Part shown: one piece after another, positions 24,966-38,841 of the stretch
Layout of the letters: every line of letters starts with the position of its first letter
Position numbering within the stretch: position 1 is the first letter of the stretch
Source: Entomortierella parvispora E1425
Lineage: Eukaryota; Fungi; Mortierellomycota
Assembly: GCA_020891255.1 (NCBI GenBank)
Contig: BQFW01000007.1
Location: forward strand, 620,001 to 684,000
Direction: 5' to 3'
DNA: 64,000 nt
Translations under genes and position numbers: made by a program
The notes under the pieces: model-generated
The model's database searches: none
Told to the model about the DNA's origin: nothing
Seen by the model: only the letters and a program-made list of their open reading frames with translations

Positions 24966-25938
24966 CTATGCGTGGGTTTGTTGGTATTCTTTCTCCAGCT
25001 TCTTCTGTACAGCAGTTCTGATAAATCCATGGACAGTCTGGGCAGCCTTGTGACAGATGTTCGCGCACTTGAAATACTCCTCCTCTGTGTACAACCCTGT
25101 GCTGTCAGAGAAGAGAATAGGGCTCGACTCACTATCCAAATCCATGGCTGCAGCACCGGTAGTCGATATTGAGCTCTTGTTGTCAAAGACAAATACATGA
25201 GTAGATTTTGCTTGCGAAAGCTCCTCGGTTGTAGGGTCCAGAAGAATCTCTCCTGATTTCTCATCCACGATGCAGGTAACAGATCCAAGGATCGAGTTCA
25301 AGGGAATACCGGCGTCCAAAAGTGCCAAGACTGTAGCATTAAACGCCGTCGACAAGATCTAAAAGGTCCAATAGAAAAGAGTACGACAGAATGAATAGTC
25401 TGTCCATAGAGTTCTATAACCATGGATATCATGAGGCAAATGTAGACTTACACATCCATCGTCCTTCATTGTCTGAACCACGATTTGAATGCCTGTCCTT
25501 GGGTGCAATCCAGACAGAATCAAAGGCTCCAATGTCTCTCGAATGCTTCTTTCCCGTGATTTGTCCTTGATCCCGGGCAATCCAACCAAAGGTCTAGCAA
25601 TGACTTCAATCGTGGCTCTATCCAACTTTTCATCTCTAATCTTGACCTCTGCAGGTCCCACCACCGAGCACAACACTGATGATCCTCCTACAATTGATAG
25701 AGGATAAGTGAAGAGTGGCGTTAACATGCATTCACATTATGTTTGGACTGGTATGCAGCCTTCTTTCCAAAGTTGCCACGCGGACAAAAAAAAAGTTGAC
25801 AATGGGACAAGTAGAAGAAATCATGCGCAACCTACCAAAGTCGAATTGTGCTGAGCCATCAGCTCTGTTGAGCAAGTTCTGGGAAGAAAAGAAAGGGCGC
25901 AGCTGGTTTGCAGTGCGGGTACGGTCCAGGCGCGCCAT
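24966..25938 (-). CDS. RRP46: Exosome core subunit Rrp46 (RNase PH-like), 3 exons
   Basis: RLDRTRTANQLRP...LNRADGSAQF; SVLCSVVGPAEVKIRDEKLDRATIEV; NATVLALLDAGIP. Confidence 0.93.
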
Positions 25939-26074
25939 GGTGAATTTATTATTAAGATGCGAATGGGGTATGAGAGGAAACAATGCAAGAAAGTGGTGTT
26001 GTGAGATCAAGCTGATCTCTGCAGCGAAAAAAAGTGACTGCCAGAAATACAGGTGGGCTGGACGCTGGAGGTCC

Positions 26075-26761
26075 TCAGATTGCCGCCACTAAAAATTACA
26101 GAAAGAGCAGCAAGGTGTCAGATATACAGCGTAGACTTCCTTTCCCCAACAGGCAAGGCCATGCGAGTGCTTTACCGAAAGGTTTTCGATCTAGAGGACA
26201 AGTGCCTTGATCCTCGCCTTTTGATTCGAGCCATTTGTGGATGCAATGCAGGTGAAAGGTGTGGCTACATTGTCCCATCACTAACCGAGACGAAAAAGGG
26301 GGTGAGCATTTTCGGTTACACTGTCAAGAGCTGCTGCTGGCACTCTCAGTCAGAGTAAAATCGCAGTGTTAGTCTTACAGAGTGGACATTGGTCTCCAGG
26401 TTGTTTGCACTCGCCACATGAAGCATCAAATGCGTGCTGGCAGATTCCGCAGACTTCGGTCGAGTCTTCAACGTTGTTCCAACTCCAGATCCCGACAGCA
26501 TGCCACCTATTTCGAAATGAGGAAAGAATGGGATGACAAGAGGTCAATTGTTTAGTTCGGACTCCCTTGATTTCCTGTTAGGGCATTGAGTGAGGATGAA
26601 TGGCTTGACTGTACTCTATTGTCAATGCAGGGGGTTCCGAATTAGATGCTGTAGCATTTCAAACGCGCAGTGTATGTCCATTAGCATAGCCAGAGATGTA
26701 TCTCTGTTAGGTCCAGTCAATTCACCGGCTTACTTTTCACTTTTACTTTGAGTTCTACCAT
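26075..26761 (-). CDS. APC11: Anaphase-promoting complex subunit 11 (RING-H2), about 4 exons
   Basis: KVKVK|WHAVGIWSW...CGICQHAFDASCGECKQPGDQCPL...GQCSHTFHLHCIHKWL...CPLDRKPF. The first splice junction appears 1 nt out of phase, next to an A-run. Confidence 0.9.
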
Positions 26762-27467
26762 GGAGGATAGGTCATGTGGAGCGAGTGAGAGACATGAGTT
26801 GGTGGGAGAAAAGAAAGAATAAAAAAGGTTGGTTTGCCACCAATTTTGAAATTTGCGTTTGCGTCTGATTTTGGAATGCGCTCCAACTGCCTGTCGACTT
26901 GATCTTTGGGGGTGCTGGACAGACGCGTTGTCGGTGAGCAAGATGTAGCCTCCCTTGCTCAATTGGTTCGAGCACTCAGCTCTGGTCCGTCTTCTGTAAA
27001 CATATTGACAACGGAAGGAGAGTCTAAACTAAGCTTCTCCTGGCATATCCTGTCCATTCCATAGACTGATGGACGGGATGGTTGGTCCAAGGCCCCTTGC
27101 TGTATCTGCTCAGATATCTCCAGGCAAACAAGATGGTGCGCACAAACTGAGCGACAAAGATAAAGGCAAGGCCAGTCGACCAGCAACTGCAGCAAAGAAG
27201 GGGGAACAACAAAAAAAAAAAAAGAGTTCATTTGTGGATCGCACCAGACGAGAGCCAGCGCTGCTCCCTCGCCCTCAGCCGACCAATCACAGGCTGAGAC
27301 GCTGAGAGAGAGAACACGCTCCTCCCGCTCCTCTGGAGCCCCTTTGTTCTTCTTTTCAGTTCTTTCGCCCTTTTCCTTTTCTCTCTTCCTTTCTCTTCTC
27401 TCTCTTTCATCCCTTCATCTCATCCCTTCCCCCCCCTCCATCCTTCCACTTGTACATATCCTATACC

Positions 27468-28803
27468 ATGTTCGGTTTGAAGCAATCCCTCAAGGCCCTC
27501 CTTTGCGGCGCCATCTTCCTTGCCTCAGGTACTCCCTCGCACACCTGCAGCCCTCAGATGGAGATCTCGCGCCTTGAGCAGGCGATCGACTAGCAACGAC
27601 TCTTTTCTTGGATGCCCTCCTAGGGGATAATCCTTGACTGATATCTGGATAGATCGAAGAGGCAAACAGAAGGATAGACTCCTGGACTGCCCTGATCAGG
27701 ATGACAGGATCAACTGGGTGCTGATCGAATACCCTCGGATGGAGATTCAAGATGGAGATTCCAGATGACAAGATGGGTCCAACAGCAGTGTGCAACCAGC
27801 CGTCTAACCTCTCTTTACACAACGTCTCCCTCCTGTCGCTCCTTAGTCTCTGCCCAGACCCTTCCCAACGTTGCCGTCAACGCTGATTTCCCCAATGCTA
27901 TCGCTGGATGTAAGTCTTCCTATGTTTTAAACCTGGACTCTCTTTGCGTTTCCCACTGACGGGTCTTCTGATGTCTGGCGATGTGAGACTGATCCTCGAT
28001 CCAATTCATCGTTCCTTCTGTCAACCCGTATTAGTGACCCCTGATCTCATCAGCGGTGAGGCCAACGACCTTAAGGTCACGTTCCGCAACACTGGCAAGA
28101 CCGACCTCAAGGTCAACTTGATTGTCGGCAGCGTCGTCGAGATGACTGACTTCAGCAACGTCATTCGCAACGTAAGACTTGAAGAGTGGACATTCTTTTC
28201 ACGCGTACCATAAGGGAATAAGGGTTGATGTTTTAACGGTTACTTTATTATCTCACCCCTTGTTTTCAGTTGACTGCCTACAGATACGGCACCACCCTCA
28301 AGGCCGACGGCACCTTAATCTTGCCTTACACCATCAAGATGGAGCACGCTTCCCGCGAGGTTGGATTGACCCTTATGGCTGACATCATGGACTCGAGCAA
28401 GAACCACTTCCCCGTCTTGATTTACAACTCAACCATCAACTTTACCGAGCCCATTCAGGGATGGATCGATATTCAGTTGTAAGTTTAAGTTGCAATGCGC
28501 GTGTCAAAGAGGCACAATTTATAACAAGGTCACCAAAATTGGGGTTCTAATTGATCTTTTTTTATTTTTTATCTGCGATTGTACAGGATCTTCCTTTACG
28601 TTGTCATCGCTGGTCTCTTCATCGCCATCGGTATGTTCATCAAGGATGCCATGGCTCCCGAGGTCAAGAAGTCTGTCAAGAAGACCCCCAGCATGACCCC
28701 CGAGGAGCGCGAGGCTGCTTTGGAGAAGATGAAGGTTTTGGACGAGGACTGGATCCCCGAGCACCACAAGAAGTCCCCCCGCGTCACCAAGAGACGTTCA
28801 TAA
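27468..28803 (+). CDS. IRC22: Translocon-associated protein alpha (TRAP-alpha / Irc22-like), 5 exons
   Basis: Signal peptide, lumenal beta domain (VTFRNTG...NVIRNLTAYRY...LPY), one TM helix, cytosolic DEDWIPEHH motif; GT-AG introns keep the frame. Confidence 0.85.
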
Positions 28804-28960
28804 AGAAGTCGCCGTGCCTTCCTCCAAGAAGGCTTTTGTTAGCGTATACTTTTTTCTGTGACAGTGTATCTGTCGCCCATTTCCGTTCCTCATAGGAAAG
28901 GATGTATTCATATAAAGTCAAATATCCTATTTCTCACAAAGTCATCGATATCGACCGGCA

Positions 28961-31900
28961 TCAATGTCTTTCTGGATGCAATGGCTTCATATGTAGAGTG
29001 GGAGTATTTGAAAATGAGCTCAGAGGTTTAGGTCTGGAATATTTTCCTTGCCCTTCTTGAGATTTGAACATTGAGCGTCGAGGAGTCTTCATGGAGTATG
29101 TCCCCGGGTCGCCTTGGTACAGTTTCCTGGGGAATAAAAATACGTGTGTCAGTATCTGCCTGGAAATCGGTGTGTGTTGTCCCAAAGGGCATCCCTGGAT
29201 CAGTCGTAGTATACTACCTTCGAAGAGGAGGGAGTCTGTATGTGAGAGAACCTTTGGTACAAGACCTCCTTGGTCTAGATCGGCCGGAGGGCCGCTCATT
29301 ATCTTGCTTGCCAGCTGGTTTCGCTCTTCCGGTTGCTGTTGCTGTTGCTGTTGCACTGACTGAAATCATTGGCGTGTTACTTCTGACTAGGTCTTCAGCC
29401 ACGACTGCTGCAGCTGATGGCGATCGATGACTCCCTTGTGGCGTTCTTCTCACCGTGAACGGAGATGTAGAGTTGGACGCTTGGAGCTCTTCTTGCTCAA
29501 ACAAAGGGACAGGGGATGAAAATATAGGCGAAAACTCATTTCGGTGGGCAGCGGTCGATTGCGCAAAAGGTTCAGTCATTGGCTCTGTGGACATAGGAGA
29601 ATCAAGAAGACGTTCCTGACTTGGAAACACGCCTGCATTGTCGATAGTTCCTTCCATTGACAAGGACCTGTCTTTGGCGCTAGGGATTAAAGACAGCCGT
29701 CTGGAGGCCCTCAACTCGGACCTGCTCGCCGACTTTGGTAATAGCTGAGGATATGCGGTGCAATCGCTTTCATTGCCAATGCGGATTGTTTGATCGGCGA
29801 CAGAGGGCGCGGTCCCAGGGGAAGGCGCCAAGATGGTTCGATGACTCCAGGAATTTTCTAGTACATTATTGACCATGGACCATGGAAGTGCTGGCGCTTT
29901 GGAGGATCCCAAAAGAGATTTCGACATTTTTTCCAGCAGTTGATCAGGCGTCAGTGACTTTAGGTAGTCGGAGACCAGCTTTGATCTACTTCCTCCGTCT
30001 CCTGGATTATGGGTCGAGGTACGCGCTTTCGATTTTGAGCCAGCTCTATAGGTGAATGACAGGTGCGATGAAGCGGTGGCGGCGCTATTACTACTTGAGA
30101 GGAGAACCGGAGATTGTGTCAAGTCAATCTCCACACTGGCTCCAAGGAGATCTGTCCTGGACTCTGCGCTATTTCCGACCACATCCTCTTGTTCCACTTG
30201 ACGTTTGTATCTTGAAAGAAGAGACTTCGTGAGTTTCAGCGACTTGAGCTTCTCCTCTGCGGGAAGAGTCTTGTGTACTCTCGGGAGACTTGCATTCAAA
30301 GGTGTCAATAACCCCGTACGCCTTTTCTTGAAGGGAGTTTTTTTGTCCGGCAATGGCTGAAGAATACGCGACTCCAAATCCTGAGCGTCTCGTTCCTTTC
30401 TCTTCAATTCCCTCGAGGTAAGTGATTTGAACGGAAGGTGGCTCGCTACCGATTGGGTTCCTCGCGCTACTTCCTGCCCATCGAGTGACGCTGCTGTCAA
30501 GGGTTCTGGCCCCTGGTCAACCTCTGATACTGCCATTGTAACTGCTGCTTGATTCACATCTCCAGCAGAGGGTTCTAAATTGAGTATATCTTCATCGGCG
30601 ATCGTTTCCTGTTCGTCAATTCTGCTCAGCGTCAACATATTGGGCGAAACTCTTGCAGCCTAATGAGAATGATGTGAGTAACAGTCACCTTTTTTTTTTA
30701 AGTCCTTTTTTTTTGATAAACTTACAGGCTTCGTAGTCTGCACGGTATGAGTCTCCTTCCCCACTAATTCCTTCATTAGCTCACTGTTTGGGGCTTCACC
30801 CTCCACTGCTGTGGGCAATTCATCTTGTGAGAGTGCACAATGTCCAGATGGTGCGGAGGGTGAGAAATGTTGATCTGGAGGGCTGGTTGACGTTTGATCA
30901 TTGCGTTTTGTCCCACAAAGGGGGCTTGCCGACACTGAAAACCGAGGGTCATCCAGTGGATCTACTGAAAAGAACGACAGCGGCGATGGGCATGTAGGTG
31001 AGGATGTTGCCATGCTTTTGGGCCGCGAAGAGCCTCCTTTGAGAAAGCGTCGCCTCAATGACGGCGAACTAGGTCGAGGAGCCAGACGAGGTGATGCAGA
31101 CAGGGGTCTTGGTGCATGGACGACTGATGTGGTGGGTATTTGTTCGATCCTTTGATTCTCCTTCACAGTAGCCGCATCAACGAGTTGAAGAGTGTTTTTG
31201 AAAAGGCGAGAGGTGGCGCCGAAGCTTTCCATGAGCCTGCAAAGGGCTTCCTGCTGATTCTATTGACCATCAAAAATTAACACACCGTCAACAAGATAGA
31301 AACAAAAGGTCAATTTGTTCAGTTTTTTTTCGCTCGGGCTTGCTTTGAGATCCTAACTCATATCATGACTTACCTCATAAATGACCTGAATATGATCCAG
31401 CTGTAACAAGAGAGCATCCCTGGACACTGTGGACGACCCTGAATTCATTCGATCCATACTCAGCTGCGTATGCAATACGGTCTCGTTGTCACTCGCGACG
31501 GCTCCGATGAATGTATCGTCCGCAGGCAAAGGGTTCTTTCCAACCGCCCGAGCTGTCTTTTCCTTATGAAGAGCGCCACTATTGGTAATAACAGGACTTT
31601 GGGCTCTCTTGCGGAGAGAAGGAGATACCGGGGACTGATGTCGCTTGTGTGATGTTCTGTCTTCCAAGCGGCGCTGCATTTTGTTCACAGTGGCCCGAAG
31701 ACCAATATTCTCACTCTCCAGCTGCGAAAGCCGAGTTTCTGATTGACGGATCTGAATGGATTTGAGAGAACAGAGTCGAATGATCTCCTGATTTTGTCGT
31801 AACAGTCGCTGTCGTTCTGGGTCGCCAACTTCGGGGGTTGTGGAAGGGGCAGAAGGGGTGATGGCTGGTTGAATGGAAATGGGCTTGCTCGCCTGTTTGC

Positions 31901-32063
31901 TGTTCGTTTTTGGAGGAGCGGACAAAGGTGAACGAATGTGGTCGGCGGTACAAGTTGGTGGATGGTTCACATCAGACGCTGTTGAGGGCATGCAGAGATA
32001 GGAGGATAATGATGCGTAGTTGATCGAGGTAGGGGTGGCTTTTGGAGGGCCTGCAGAAGTCAT
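28961..32063 (-). CDS. SGO1: Shugoshin, multi-exon
   Basis: N-terminal coiled coil LRQNQEIIRLCSLKSIQIRQSETRLSQLESENIGLR; C-terminal basic SGO motif RPRRSCTK...YRLPPLR|RKLYQGDP split by an intron. Confidence 0.85.
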
Positions 32064-32213
32064 GGTAGGAGGTGTTGAGAGGAAAGAAAGCAGAAAAGAA
32101 AGGACACAAATCTGGGGAGGAATGCCCAAGTATCAATTTGGGCCGCATAATATCATGTATACATTCACTGGATATTTTATTACGTTTGGGATCCTTCTCC
32201 TTCCAACATTGAT

Positions 32214-33174
32214 CTACGACTCGTAATCACGCTGGTAAATCTCGTCAAACTTTTGACGGAATCTATCTGGGCAAAATCCACGCACCATCTCAGCCTCCAT
32301 GATGTGCATCCTCTTGCCAATCAAGACCAAAGAATGCAAAGGCTCACCGAAGTCCTCCTCCAGCAACTGCTCCATGGTTCCAGCAATGAACAGCTGGGTA
32401 GGGGTTCCCAAGCGCACACATCCGATCGCAAGGGTCTCAGGTCCATACGCCTTCTCACCTCTCTTCTCCTCAATCTCCAACATCTGCTCCAAACAGCAGT
32501 TGACGGTCATGTAACGTGGAGGCTCATAGATCTTTCTGCCTCGGGCCATGTTTTCCAACGATTGCTCCTTGACCTTGATATCGAGCAAGCACAGTGTATG
32601 CAATCCAATGTCCCGGTTCTCCTTCACGCGAGGGTACCATGAATCAGGTCTCCAGGTCTCCGTGAACCAGACCATAGAGATGGTCTGTCCAAAGTTGTAA
32701 AGGGAAAGTCCACAAGCTCCAATGGCGTTCATGATTGAGGCATTGTGGATAGTCTGCACTGGGATGTTGAGCTCCTTGGCACGAATGACCAAGTCCGTAT
32801 GAGTAGTGGCGCCAAAAGGATCACCGACCACCAAGAACGCAACATTGACATTCTGAGCATTGCCCAGGATAGTGTCCGACTCTGACTCCACCATCTCACG
32901 GTCAGCAACGGTTACGGGCTTTCCGTAAAAAGCTTCCTATTGTCGCATGGGTAGAAGATGGTACCATTAGTGCCGATAGAGCATCGTAAGGATACTGACA
33001 GCCTCTTCAAGGACCTGGACAAAAAAAAGAGTATCGTACGAGCTTTTCCTTGTCGACCATGAGGATGGACGTGTAGGCCTCGAGGTAAATGCGCTCGCAG
33101 GACTTGACAGCGTCAAGACCCTTGACAGTGATGTCGCGCTCGTCTGAGAGTCCAAGTCCAATAACGTAGAGCAT
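32214..33174 (-). CDS. DPH5: Diphthine methyl ester synthase
   Basis: [19 protein letters not shown]; [16 protein letters not shown]; [14 protein letters not shown]; FGEPLHSLV. Confidence 0.97.
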
Positions 33175-33314
33175 GGCTGAGTGAATGTGAGGTGGAGAAT
33201 GGGCAAAGCGAATCTATGTTTGGTACTTTTTTTTGACCAAAACCCATGCACCAACTTCTTAAGGGGCTACTCACGTGATTAAGTCTAGATTTTATTTTGT
33301 TTTGGATGGTGGTC

Positions 33315-35029
33315 CTATCCAAGGACGGCATCCAGGATTTCGTGGTTCTTGTTGGAGTGCATAGGTTCCTCTTCCTCCTCTTCGTATGGTAATTCCTCGT
33401 TGTCTTCATCATCAATGTCGGGCAGAGGAAAGTTCAAAATGGCAGCCACTCCCGTAAGTTGATTAAGATCTAGCGTGTTAAAAAAAAATATATCAGCAAC
33501 TAGAACTCGCCTAGGATCGTGCTCAGGAGGCTAAGCATGGTTTCTCTCTCCACTTACTCTCTCCAGATACATGTAAGCTTGAAAACACAAAGACTTTGCC
33601 GCCTGAAGCCCTTGCGCTTTCCACCAGCGCAATGTATTGACGTCGCTTTTCGACGTCAGCAGCTCGAAAGAGCTCATCCGTCACCAACAGCGTGCCAATT
33701 GCTCCACGTTCTGCCGCCTTACACACATCCTTGTATCCATAGAACGCTCTGTCTGGGTCCATGTTCATCATCTCGTAGAACTGGTCTAATGCCTGAACTT
33801 CCTGTGCAGCTTTGGTATCCGCAAGCTTGGCCTTAATGGCTGGATCATTCATGACCTCCTGAAGAGCCTGCTTATGTCCTGTTGAAGTGTGAACCTGAAT
33901 GAATTTGCTTCGGTTCTGGAGGATGGTCTTGTTGTCTGTCCTCTATAGTACACGAGTAGAAGGGGGGGAAGGCCAGTTAAAACTTTGCTCGGTGATCAGC
34001 CTTTCCTGGAGATTAACCCATTAAAAATGTGCTTACCACAGCCTCAGCAAAAATATAGTCGTAGACCTGCTCTCTCACGAATCCTGGACTGCCGACGATA
34101 ACACACTTGACAATATCAAAGTCGATGTGGCGCAGGATTGCTTGATAGATCTGATCAAAGAACCGCTTCATGCCCTGAAAAAAGGAATAGCAATGTCGGT
34201 TAAATACTTTGCCTAAAGTGGTTGAGATTATACCAAGATATTGGATCTATACCTTCTCATAGTTGGTGACAGAGCCCTTGCGTTTTCTTGGAACAGGGCA
34301 ATCGATATGTTGCCGAATGATGGTCATGCTGGAGGTCAACAGACAGATGTTGGCTAAACCTTCCTGACACACCACTGCGGCAACATCAGCCTTCTTTGTG
34401 ATATCACAAGCCTCCTGGACGCGCTCCAGTGCAATGACGTCCCACTCTGGCTTTATAAGCGTGAAGCTGCGGTTCATTTCCAGATCGATCGTATGGAAGG
34501 TTCCCAGCTATTGCAGGACAATGACATACTAAAGTATCAATAGGCTGTATGTAGATTCTCAATCACCATTTCAAAGATGGCCTCTTTAGTACACCATACC
34601 TTGACATGAGGGTTCTCAACAATGACACGCCCGCTTATCCGCAGCATACCGACCTGCGTATCAAAGTCTACATTGTCGATAGAGATGCTGAGAGTAAGTC
34701 TGATCCTTTGACTGTCCACTGATCCTGTTGAACTCTCAGATTGAATGCGGCTATAGACGTACAAGGCAAAAGAATTGTGTTAGAATGAATACATGGGAAG
34801 TTGGGTACTCCTCGTCACTAATATTCAACCCCGGGTTGAAAGCGAAGAGGGGGCGTAGTTCGCGCTTTATTTTTTCGGCAGAAGTAAAGGTTTACCGAAT
34901 GGTAACAGCTCTAAGCTGATCGTGTTTTTGAATGAGGTTGTAGACATGCCACATGTCCTCGAATTCCTCTGGAATGAGGGTAACATAGCCGGACTTGTCT
35001 TTTTCTACAAATTGCTTGACGAGCTTCAT
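33315..35029 (-). CDS. DOM34: Pelota/Dom34 ribosome-rescue factor, multi-exon
   Basis: [33 protein letters not shown]; HTIDLE; [11 protein letters not shown]; RAFYGYKDV; FSSLHVSGE...[11 protein letters not shown]. Confidence 0.97.
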
Positions 35030-35458
35030 TGCTGGTGATGGAGGGGTAATGAATTGATGCGGAAAGACAAAGCGGAGTCAGTGGTTGAGCGCGAGAACAA
35101 AAAAATTGAAGGAGGCCGAGATTCCAAAATGAACACGTGATCAACGTTAAACTTGCAGGGACAATACTTACCGTGAGATAATTATGGCGTCAAATGTGCT
35201 CGGCCTCCAAAAAAACTGTATGGCGCTGAACCGTCGCATGATCATCTTTCATTAACTCTCAAGACCATCAGACGACCTAGGATACCGCTGCCACTTTGCA
35301 CGTAGTAGCCAGCCTTCATTCAAATCACTTCAAGACAAGTTAATAGCTATAATGGGAGCCGACGAGTAAGACAACTTTTATAAACGACACTGCTGACATC
35401 GAGCTTCAACTGCTTTTCACCAACTGACTGTGCGTATTGTTTTGTCCATAGTTCACAA

Positions 35459-36953
35459 ATGGCCTCGCGTAGTCCAAGCCCTGTAGCGGCAGCATCGACA
35501 ACGACTAGCATGGATAACAACGCATCAACCACAACAGCGAGCAGACAGCCTGCAGGAAGAGGTTTGAGCAGATCAGGATCTCGCTCCCGTTCCCGTTCGC
35601 GTTCTCTTTCCAGATCACGCTCACCCAGAAGCGACCGCTCATACTCAAGGGGACCTTCACCCAGAAGAGGAACAAATGCCGGCGGGCGATCTCGAAGCCA
35701 TTCCAGAGGCCGATCAGTGACGCGCTCAAGATCCCGCTCTCCTGTACGTTCCAGATCTCCACACCATACTAGCAAGGATCGCCGTGGTTCTCGCTCCCGT
35801 TCACCCATCGTTTCCCTGGACTCGACAGTAAAGGTTGGCCGTTTGACAAAGAATGTCACTGAAGCTCATGTCAGGGAACTGTTTGGAATGTATGGAAGGA
35901 TCAAATACATCAACTTTCCTATTGATCCTCGTTGTAAGTATTAGACGATATCTTAATAGTACTATGACTAAGCGTCTACATCTTGCACTGAACTAACATA
36001 TGCTGTCTTCCTCATACCTATCAGATCGCTTCAACTTGGGATTTGCGGACATTGAGTTTGAAACGCGCCCGGAGGCCGTGTTGGCTATTGAGGCGTGGAA
36101 CGGTGGACAGCTGGATGGCGAAATCGTAGAAGTGGCCTTCGCCACCAAATTGTCACGCGTCAGCTCAGTCCCTCCTCCTGCCAGATTTGAAAGACAAGAA
36201 AGGCCTGTGCGTTCTCGGGTCCCACTCTCTCCTCCTCGTCGAGGTGGGCGCAATGTCAGCCCTCCTCGCGATCGCCGTCGCAAAGGTAACGTACCATGAC
36301 TTGCTCTTTATGATGCTGGTGATTTGAAGTAAATGCTGATTTTTATCTCTTTTCTCTCATTAGAACATTACTCGCCTCCACGACGTAACAGGTCTCCACC
36401 CAGAATGCGCAGAAACCAGGACTATTATTCGCCACCTCGACGCAACAACAATGGTGGTCCACCACCTCGACCCCGTGGAGCAAACGCTGCCCCTCTTGGA
36501 GCTCGTGCCCCCGCGCGCGGAAGATCACCTGTCCCCGTGGGACGTGGAGGACGACCACGTTCGTTTAGCAGGTCTATTTCACGATCTCCAGTCCGTGGAC
36601 GAAAGAGATCGCGCTCGTATAGTTCTTATGATTCCAGAAGTCGATCCCGTAGTCCTCGTGGACGTGGGGGCCGTGGAAGAAGCTACAGTCTGAGTAGGAG
36701 TCGCTCGCCTCTTCCTCGTAGAAGTGTGAGTCGGGGCAGAAGCATTAGCAGGAGCAGGAGTCGCGGACCTGCTGTGAGAAAGGCTGGAGGCCGCTCGTGG
36801 TCCAGAAGTATGAGCCGTAGTCGATCAAGAAGCCCAGTCCGAAAGATGTCTCGTAGCAGAAGCAGAAGCCCCGTAGGACGTGGCGCCCCTGCTGGAGGTG
36901 CACGTCGCCGATCATTCAGTCGATCCTTGTCTCCTCCAAGACGTCGTAGATAG
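35459..36953 (+). CDS. RNPS1: RNPS1-like RS-rich RRM protein, 3 exons
   Basis: [25 protein letters not shown]...FADIEFE...[12 protein letters not shown], flanked by RS repeats. Confidence 0.85.
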
Positions 36954-38841
36954 ACCCAGAAAATATATCTGTAGGAAAGGATTATTCTCGCTCCTTGATA
37001 ATTGCATTTGAATAAACGGTTCAATATCACGAGCTTGAACGCCCTAAAGACTGCCCGTTGTTGTTGTCAATTGACGGATTGATAGTCCATGTGGCCCTTT
37101 GTCAACCTTTGTTTTTGTTACATATTCCGGACTTCATCAAAAACTATCGTGCATTTGTTTGAACAGTGAAAACATTTACCCAATGCAAACTTTCGACGTG
37201 CTCTGAAGTAAGAAGTCGGAGTGAATGAACCAGTCAAGGGTCAGCGAATGAAAGTATGGGGTTGCGGAGAATTGTTTTTGAACAGAAATTAAATATGTTT
37301 GTCGAGAACAAGATGGCTGTTGCACCCCGATTTCGCAATAAAGTGCATTAAGCAGTTCGGATTGGATATCGCGTTTTGTGTTAATGACAAAAAGAAAGGA
37401 AACAAGGAAGAGGGGGCAGGCGGTGTTGCGTCCTCTCAATTACATGACGAAAAAAGAAACTGCGCTCTTGTGTTTTGGGTCTTTGGCCCATTTCGTCAAA
37501 AGTCCCAAAGAGCGGTTGGAGGGAAAGAGTAGTTCCAGGTTTTGAGCCGTTTTTAAAAAAAATGTGAGCCTTTGTAAAAAAAAATCCTTGCAGAAATGGT
37601 GAACAAGATAGGGAGTTGAAAGGTTTGCCAAGAATGATGCAGGCATGAGGATGAACTATCTTGTATTTCTACTGTGTGTCTCTGCTCACTTTGCAAAGAC
37701 AAGCCGATAGCTCAAAAAGGTGGTTTGTCAAATAGTCGTCCTTGGGGTCAGCACGGGGTTTGGGCTGGCGTGAGAGGAGAGCGTGAATTGGAGAGGGAAT
37801 TGAGGGTCGCCTGGACCCGCCGTGGCAGGGCAGGAGCAGAGCGAGCGGAGTGGCCGGGAGAGAGAAGAATGGATGAACAACAAGTGTGATGAATAAGGAA
37901 AGCAAGCCAACAGAGTAAAAGAAGGTAAGCGCACAAACGAAATAATTTTCCATGGAACATCGAGAAGCGTTCCATTTTGGAGGAGCAAAGGACTGAAAAT
38001 CATCCGGAAACAAAAAGACCGAAAGGAGGGCCACCAACAGAGACACTGGCAGCTGGCTCTGGATTGCCTTTCTAAGCACGGGTGACGATTTGAATGCGAT
38101 TGAATACTTCCTGGCAGGATTGACCAACTGACTGACTTGACAGACAGACAGACAGACAGACCAACATGACGGACTAACTGTCTGGGAACAGGCCCGATCT
38201 CGCCGTTTGCGTGCGATTGTCTGTGTGTGTTCGTCCCCTTTGCGTCTGCGAAGTACCGTTGCTGCTACACTCTCTCTCCTCCTCTTCTTCTCTCTTCTCT
38301 CTTCTCTTCACATTCTTGACCTTCTACCTTGACTCTCTTCCCTTCCTCACATCTTACTCATCACGCTCGCCATCGACATTCAGGACCTTCAGACACTACT
38401 CCTGCATCGCTCACATAGCTCGCTGTCTCATTCCACCTGATCAATTTTTTTTTCCTCCCTCGACTCGGTCGACTCGGCTTGTCTCGAGTCCCCCTCCTGG
38501 ACACGCTTCCCCCATTCATCTCCTGCTGCTCTTTTGTCCCTGTGGCCTCCCTCCTCTGAACCAAACACAATCGATCAGTCAGCCCTAATTTTATTCACTG
38601 GTTTCGTTTTCCTATTTTCCCGGGGATACGACCTTTTTTTGTCTCTTTTGGCTTCTTCGTTCTTTCCTTTTTCCTTTTCTCACCTCTCTCTCTCTCTTTC
38701 TCCCCTCTTGTTCTCCTCCCCTCTTCCCCTCTTCTACTTGCTCTGCCGCACCTGCAATTGCACACACACGCGCACGCATCACCCACTTTATAATTGCTTA
38801 ATTGCCTTCCTCACTTCCCCCTGCAAACACACAGCCAACAT

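Noticed and set aside
26500-26740. Out-of-phase APC11 first splice junction, and the A-run region of shugoshin near 30690-30715, as pseudogenisation
   Set aside because: Both lie at homopolymers in conserved genes, so assembly errors or unseen splice sites are more likely.
35560-36950. Repetitive AGA/TCG/CGT pattern as a repeat array or CRISPR
   Set aside because: These are codons for the RS domain of RNPS1; there is no repeat-spacer periodicity.
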